Of a stretch of DNA of 32,000 nt, positions 29,248 to 32,000 are shown piece by piece. Origin of the DNA: Nostoc sp. PCC 7120 = FACHB-418 (GTDB lineage: Bacteria; Cyanobacteriota; Cyanobacteriia; Cyanobacteriales; Nostocaceae); the NCBI RefSeq assembly GCF_000009705.1, contig NC_003272.1:6030001-6062000 (forward strand). Reading direction: 5' to 3'. The stretch's first letter is position 1; each line of letters opens with the position of its first letter. The notes below the pieces were generated by a model. It saw nothing but the letters and a program-made list of their open reading frames with translations. It did no database searches and was not told the DNA's origin. The position numbers and the translations under genes are program-made.

Positions 29248-29277
29248 AGGGTAGGACAATTCCTGCCCTTGATTTTT
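29248..29277 (+). terminator. Rho-independent terminator of the PEP-CTERM gene
   Basis: AGGGTAGGA and TCCTGCCCT form a 9-bp stem with one G-U pair and a 4-nt loop, followed by tgaTTTTT. Confidence 0.6.
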
Positions 29278-29507
29278 CACCAATAAGACCTGACACTCCC
29301 ACTGCTGCGGAAATATCGCTACGCTCATTTCCCTTGCCCTTATAGAAGTTCGGTAAACCTCATAGTCTAAATTTGGTGATTAGTAGCCGCATTCAATCTA
29401 TCTCAAGGCGAATTTGCCATAATTGCTAGTTACGGTAAGCTCTAATATGTAACCTGTAAAGTAACAGTTAAAATTAAAGCTATAGAAGTTATTAAGGAGC
29501 CACCAGG

Positions 29508-29882
29508 ATGCAAGCAACATACGATTCTGATAAACGCAAATTGCTATCATCTCTGTGTCATGGGGCGATTTTCTTTAGTACAGCAATCTTTTCAATTGGC
29601 GTGCCAATTGTTATTAACTTAATATCTGACGATCCAGTAGTTAAAAGCAACGCCAAGGAATCGATGAATTTTCACTTCAATGTTTGGTTCTGGGCTACTG
29701 TCATTGGAGTCCCATTAGGAGTTTTATCTTGGCTTACCTTTGGTATTGGCGGGATTTTATTCTTTCCTATAATAGCTTTAGGTTTTGCCATTCATTGGGG
29801 ATTGACAATTTGGGCAATCATACACTGTCTAAGTCAACCTGATACAGCGTTCCGCTATCCATTTATTTTTAGAGTGTTTTAA
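29508..29882 (+). CDS. DUF4870-like small integral membrane protein
   Basis: 124 aa with 3-4 hydrophobic helices. It has the family-like L.HL(C.G)..F and K......ES.NF..... blocks. An AAGGAG Shine-Dalgarno sequence sits 8 nt upstream of the ATG. The family name is from memory. Confidence 0.7.
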   Translation: MQATYDSDKRKLLSSLCHGAIFFSTAIFSIGVPIVINLISDDPVVKSNAKESMNFHFNVWFWATVIGVPLGVLSWLTFGIGGILFFPIIALGFAIHWGLTIWAIIHCLSQPDTAFRYPFIFRVF

Positions 29883-30002
29883 TGGAGCAGCAAAGCCACA
29901 TTTGGGCGTTAGATTGATAGTCTATTCATTGCTAAAAAGTAATCACAAACATTTCCTATTCGATGATTTTAGACTTACCACCCCACTATGGTAAGTCTAT
30001 TT

Positions 30003-30593
30003 TTATTCAGCACTTGAACTCAGCATAGCTGCCATTTTAGGAAGTAAAGCCGCAAAAGCTTTACCGCGATGACTGACAGATTTTTTCAGTTCTGGTGTCA
30101 TCTCCGCAAAGGTTAATTGCTTTTCGGGAACGTAAAAAATTGGGTCATATCCGAAACCACCGCTACCAAGGGGTGCATGGAGAATTTCGCCACGACAAAT
30201 ACCTTCTGCTTGCAGGGCGATCGCTCCATCAGGAGAGGCGATCGCTACTACACAGACAAATTGTGCTTGTCGGTTAACTTCACTACCTAATTCCTTCAGT
30301 AACCGAGAAATTCTTTCCCCATCAGTTTTACCATAACGAGCAGAATACACCCCCGGAAGACCATTGAGGGCATCCACTTGTAAACCAGAGTCATCAGCGA
30401 TCGCCCAGTTCCCTGTAGCTTTAGCAACCTCTGAGGCTTTGAGACAAGCATTAGAAGCAAAGGTATCACCTGTCTCTTCCACTTCTAATTCTGTCGGCTT
30501 CAGAGTTAATTCCCAATCGGTGTTGGCGAGGTAAGCCTGCATTTCCCGCAGCTTACCTGCATTACTTGTAGCTACTATGAGGATTTTAGTCAT
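30003..30593 (-). CDS. rdgB: Non-canonical purine NTP pyrophosphatase (RdgB/HAM1 family)
   Basis: ILIVATSNAGKLREM, ETGDTF..NA..KA, ADDSGL.VDALNG.PGVYSAR, GFGYDPIF and SHRG.A are signature blocks. Confidence 0.92.
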   Translation of the reverse strand: MTKILIVATSNAGKLREMQAYLANTDWELTLKPTELEVEETGDTFASNACLKASEVAKATGNWAIADDSGLQVDALNGLPGVYSARYGKTDGERISRLLKELGSEVNRQAQFVCVVAIASPDGAIALQAEGICRGEILHAPLGSGGFGYDPIFYVPEKQLTFAEMTPELKKSVSHRGKAFAALLPKMAAMLSSSAE

Positions 30594-30668
30594 TAGTCAA
30601 CGGTCAACAGTTAACAGTCAACAGTCAACAGTCAAAACACCTTTGAACTATTGACTATTAACTAAATT
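30594..30668. repeat. STRR heptamer array (CAGTCAA x4 perfect plus 3 variants) facing complementary TTGACTA-type units
   Basis: TAGTCAA CGGTCAA CAGTTAA CAGTCAA CAGTCAA CAGTCAA CAGTCAA (30594-30642), then TTGAACTA TTGACTA TTAACTA. It fills the entire spacer between the phosphohexomutase stop and the rdgB start. Confidence 0.8.
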
Positions 30669-32000
30669 TTACTCTGCCCAGTGTTTTGCCCAAGCAAGAG
30701 TTTGATGAACTTGTTTCAGGGTAGAGGCTTCGCAGTAAAGGCGTAATACTGGTTCTGTGCCACTAAAGCGAATCATTAACCAGCTATTATCTACCAGGCG
30801 GTATTTGTAGCCGTCGATGGTGTTGCAATCAATTACTGCTTTACCTGCAATTTCAGTTAAGGGTTGGCTTTGTAGTTGTTGTAAAAGACGCGCTCTTACG
30901 TCCATGCTAGCTAAGGGTAAATCGATGCGATCGTAAGCAGAGGAAAAGCCTGTTTGCTCTTGCAACTGACGATAATAATCTCCTAAATCTAACCCAGATT
31001 CAACGATCGCCTCTAAGACATACAAGGCTGATAGTAAAGCGTCCCGTTCTGGTATGTGGCTACCGTAACCAATTCCCCCCGATTCTTCACCACCTAACAG
31101 CACTGGTGCAGCTAACATTCTGTCAGCAATATATTTATAACCAACGGCTGTTTCAAATATTGATAAGTTATGTAGGGCGGCTACCTTAGGAATTAAATCA
31201 GAACCACTCACAGTTTTGACGATTTCCCCTGTAAAGTTGCGTCTTTGAGTCAAGTGGTCAATGAGGATGGGGATTAAAATTTGGGAACTCAAAAAGTTAG
31301 CATTTCCATCTACAGCAGCGATGCGATCGCAGTCACCATCAAAAACTAACCCTACAGATAAACTAGATGGATTTGTTTCTCGGTGGTTGCGGATAGTCTC
31401 AAATAACAGGGAAAGGTATTTGGGCAAGGGTTCCGGCGCGCCACCACCAAATAAAGGATCGCGATCGCTATTTATTTCCTGTACCCGTTCGCCCAATAAT
31501 CGCCCCAAGCCTGTTGCTGCTGCGCCGTGCATCACATCAGCAAACACCGTCAGTTCACCAGAGGCGATCGCTTTGCGAATTTTGGCAATATCAACTTTGC
31601 CTTCTAAACCCTGGGTATAACTAGGCCAAGGGTCAAATTTTTCTAACTTACCAGGAGTAGCGGCGGGTGGTACTCCTGTTGATAATAATGCTTCTACATC
31701 TTTTGTGACTTCTGGCGATACCGAACCACCAAAATAACCTTTAACTTTTAATCCTAAATAAGCTCCTGGATTATGACTAGCTGTAATAACTAGCGCCCCC
31801 AAAGCATTGAGTTGTTTTGCAGCCCAACTAAATGCAGGAGTTGGCGCATAGCCTTCACTGAGCAAAACATCAAATCCGACAGCAGTGACCGCATCGGCCA
31901 CAGCACGGGCAAAATCTTCTGCCATAAATCGGCGATCGTAACCGACTATAATTGTTCGGCTGCCTACTGTCGAGTAATAAGTATCATATAATACTTTTGC
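30669..32000 (-). CDS. Alpha-D-phosphohexomutase (phosphoglucomutase/phosphomannomutase family). The 5' end lies beyond the window.
   Basis: TASHNP phosphoserine loop, FDGDCDR metal-binding loop and GGEESGG sugar-binding loop. The frame stays open upstream of the track's ATG (..IIVGYDRRFMAEDFA..) to the window edge, so the gene is truncated here. Confidence 0.9.
   Translation of the reverse strand, partial: AKVLYDTYYSTVGSRTIIVGYDRRFMAEDFARAVADAVTAVGFDVLLSEGYAPTPAFSWAAKQLNALGALVITASHNPGAYLGLKVKGYFGGSVSPEVTKDVEALLSTGVPPAATPGKLEKFDPWPSYTQGLEGKVDIAKIRKAIASGELTVFADVMHGAAATGLGRLLGERVQEINSDRDPLFGGGAPEPLPKYLSLLFETIRNHRETNPSSLSVGLVFDGDCDRIAAVDGNANFLSSQILIPILIDHLTQRRNFTGEIVKTVSGSDLIPKVAALHNLSIFETAVGYKYIADRMLAAPVLLGGEESGGIGYGSHIPERDALLSALYVLEAIVESGLDLGDYYRQLQEQTGFSSAYDRIDLPLASMDVRARLLQQLQSQPLTEIAGKAVIDCNTIDGYKYRLVDNSWLMIRFSGTEPVLRLYCEASTLKQVHQTLAWAKHWAE

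Overview
This is a chromosomal segment from a filamentous heterocyst-forming cyanobacterium (Nostoc/Anabaena type). Three things support that assignment: about 23 exact copies of the HIP1 octamer GCGATCGC (counted by eye), arrays of 7-nt STRR-type repeats between genes, and the gene content. The window is mostly core housekeeping genes. They are accB, efp, a lumenal-type cyclophilin, thiL, gap2, nadD, murC, murB, ybaB, a low-molecular-weight tyrosine phosphatase, a NarL/LuxR response regulator, smpB, an IctB/O-antigen-ligase-like membrane protein, a GAF sensor-kinase-like protein, the DPOR operon chlL-orf-chlN, clpB, a PEP-CTERM protein, a DUF4870-like membrane protein, rdgB and a 5'-truncated phosphohexomutase. 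I found no rRNA, tRNA, CRISPR array, transposase or integrase. I also see no convincing multi-gene novel system such as a defence island. The most unusual loci are: (i) an orphan 466-480 aa protein at 16.9-18.4 kb, with an internally triplicated module and a 750-bp gene-free AT-rich leader; (ii) a GAF/HisKA/HATPase protein whose phospho-acceptor His reads Gln and whose ATP-binding motifs look degenerate, suggesting a pseudokinase; (iii) an AT-rich islet at 22.55-23.79 kb holding a decaying reading frame with two in-frame stops and a YD/RHS-repeat-like peptide remnant, next to a Uma2 gene; (iv) an uncharacterised acidic-tailed ORF and a strong stem-loop inside the chlL-chlN operon. All calls come from reading the translations and sequence by eye. 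No searches were run.
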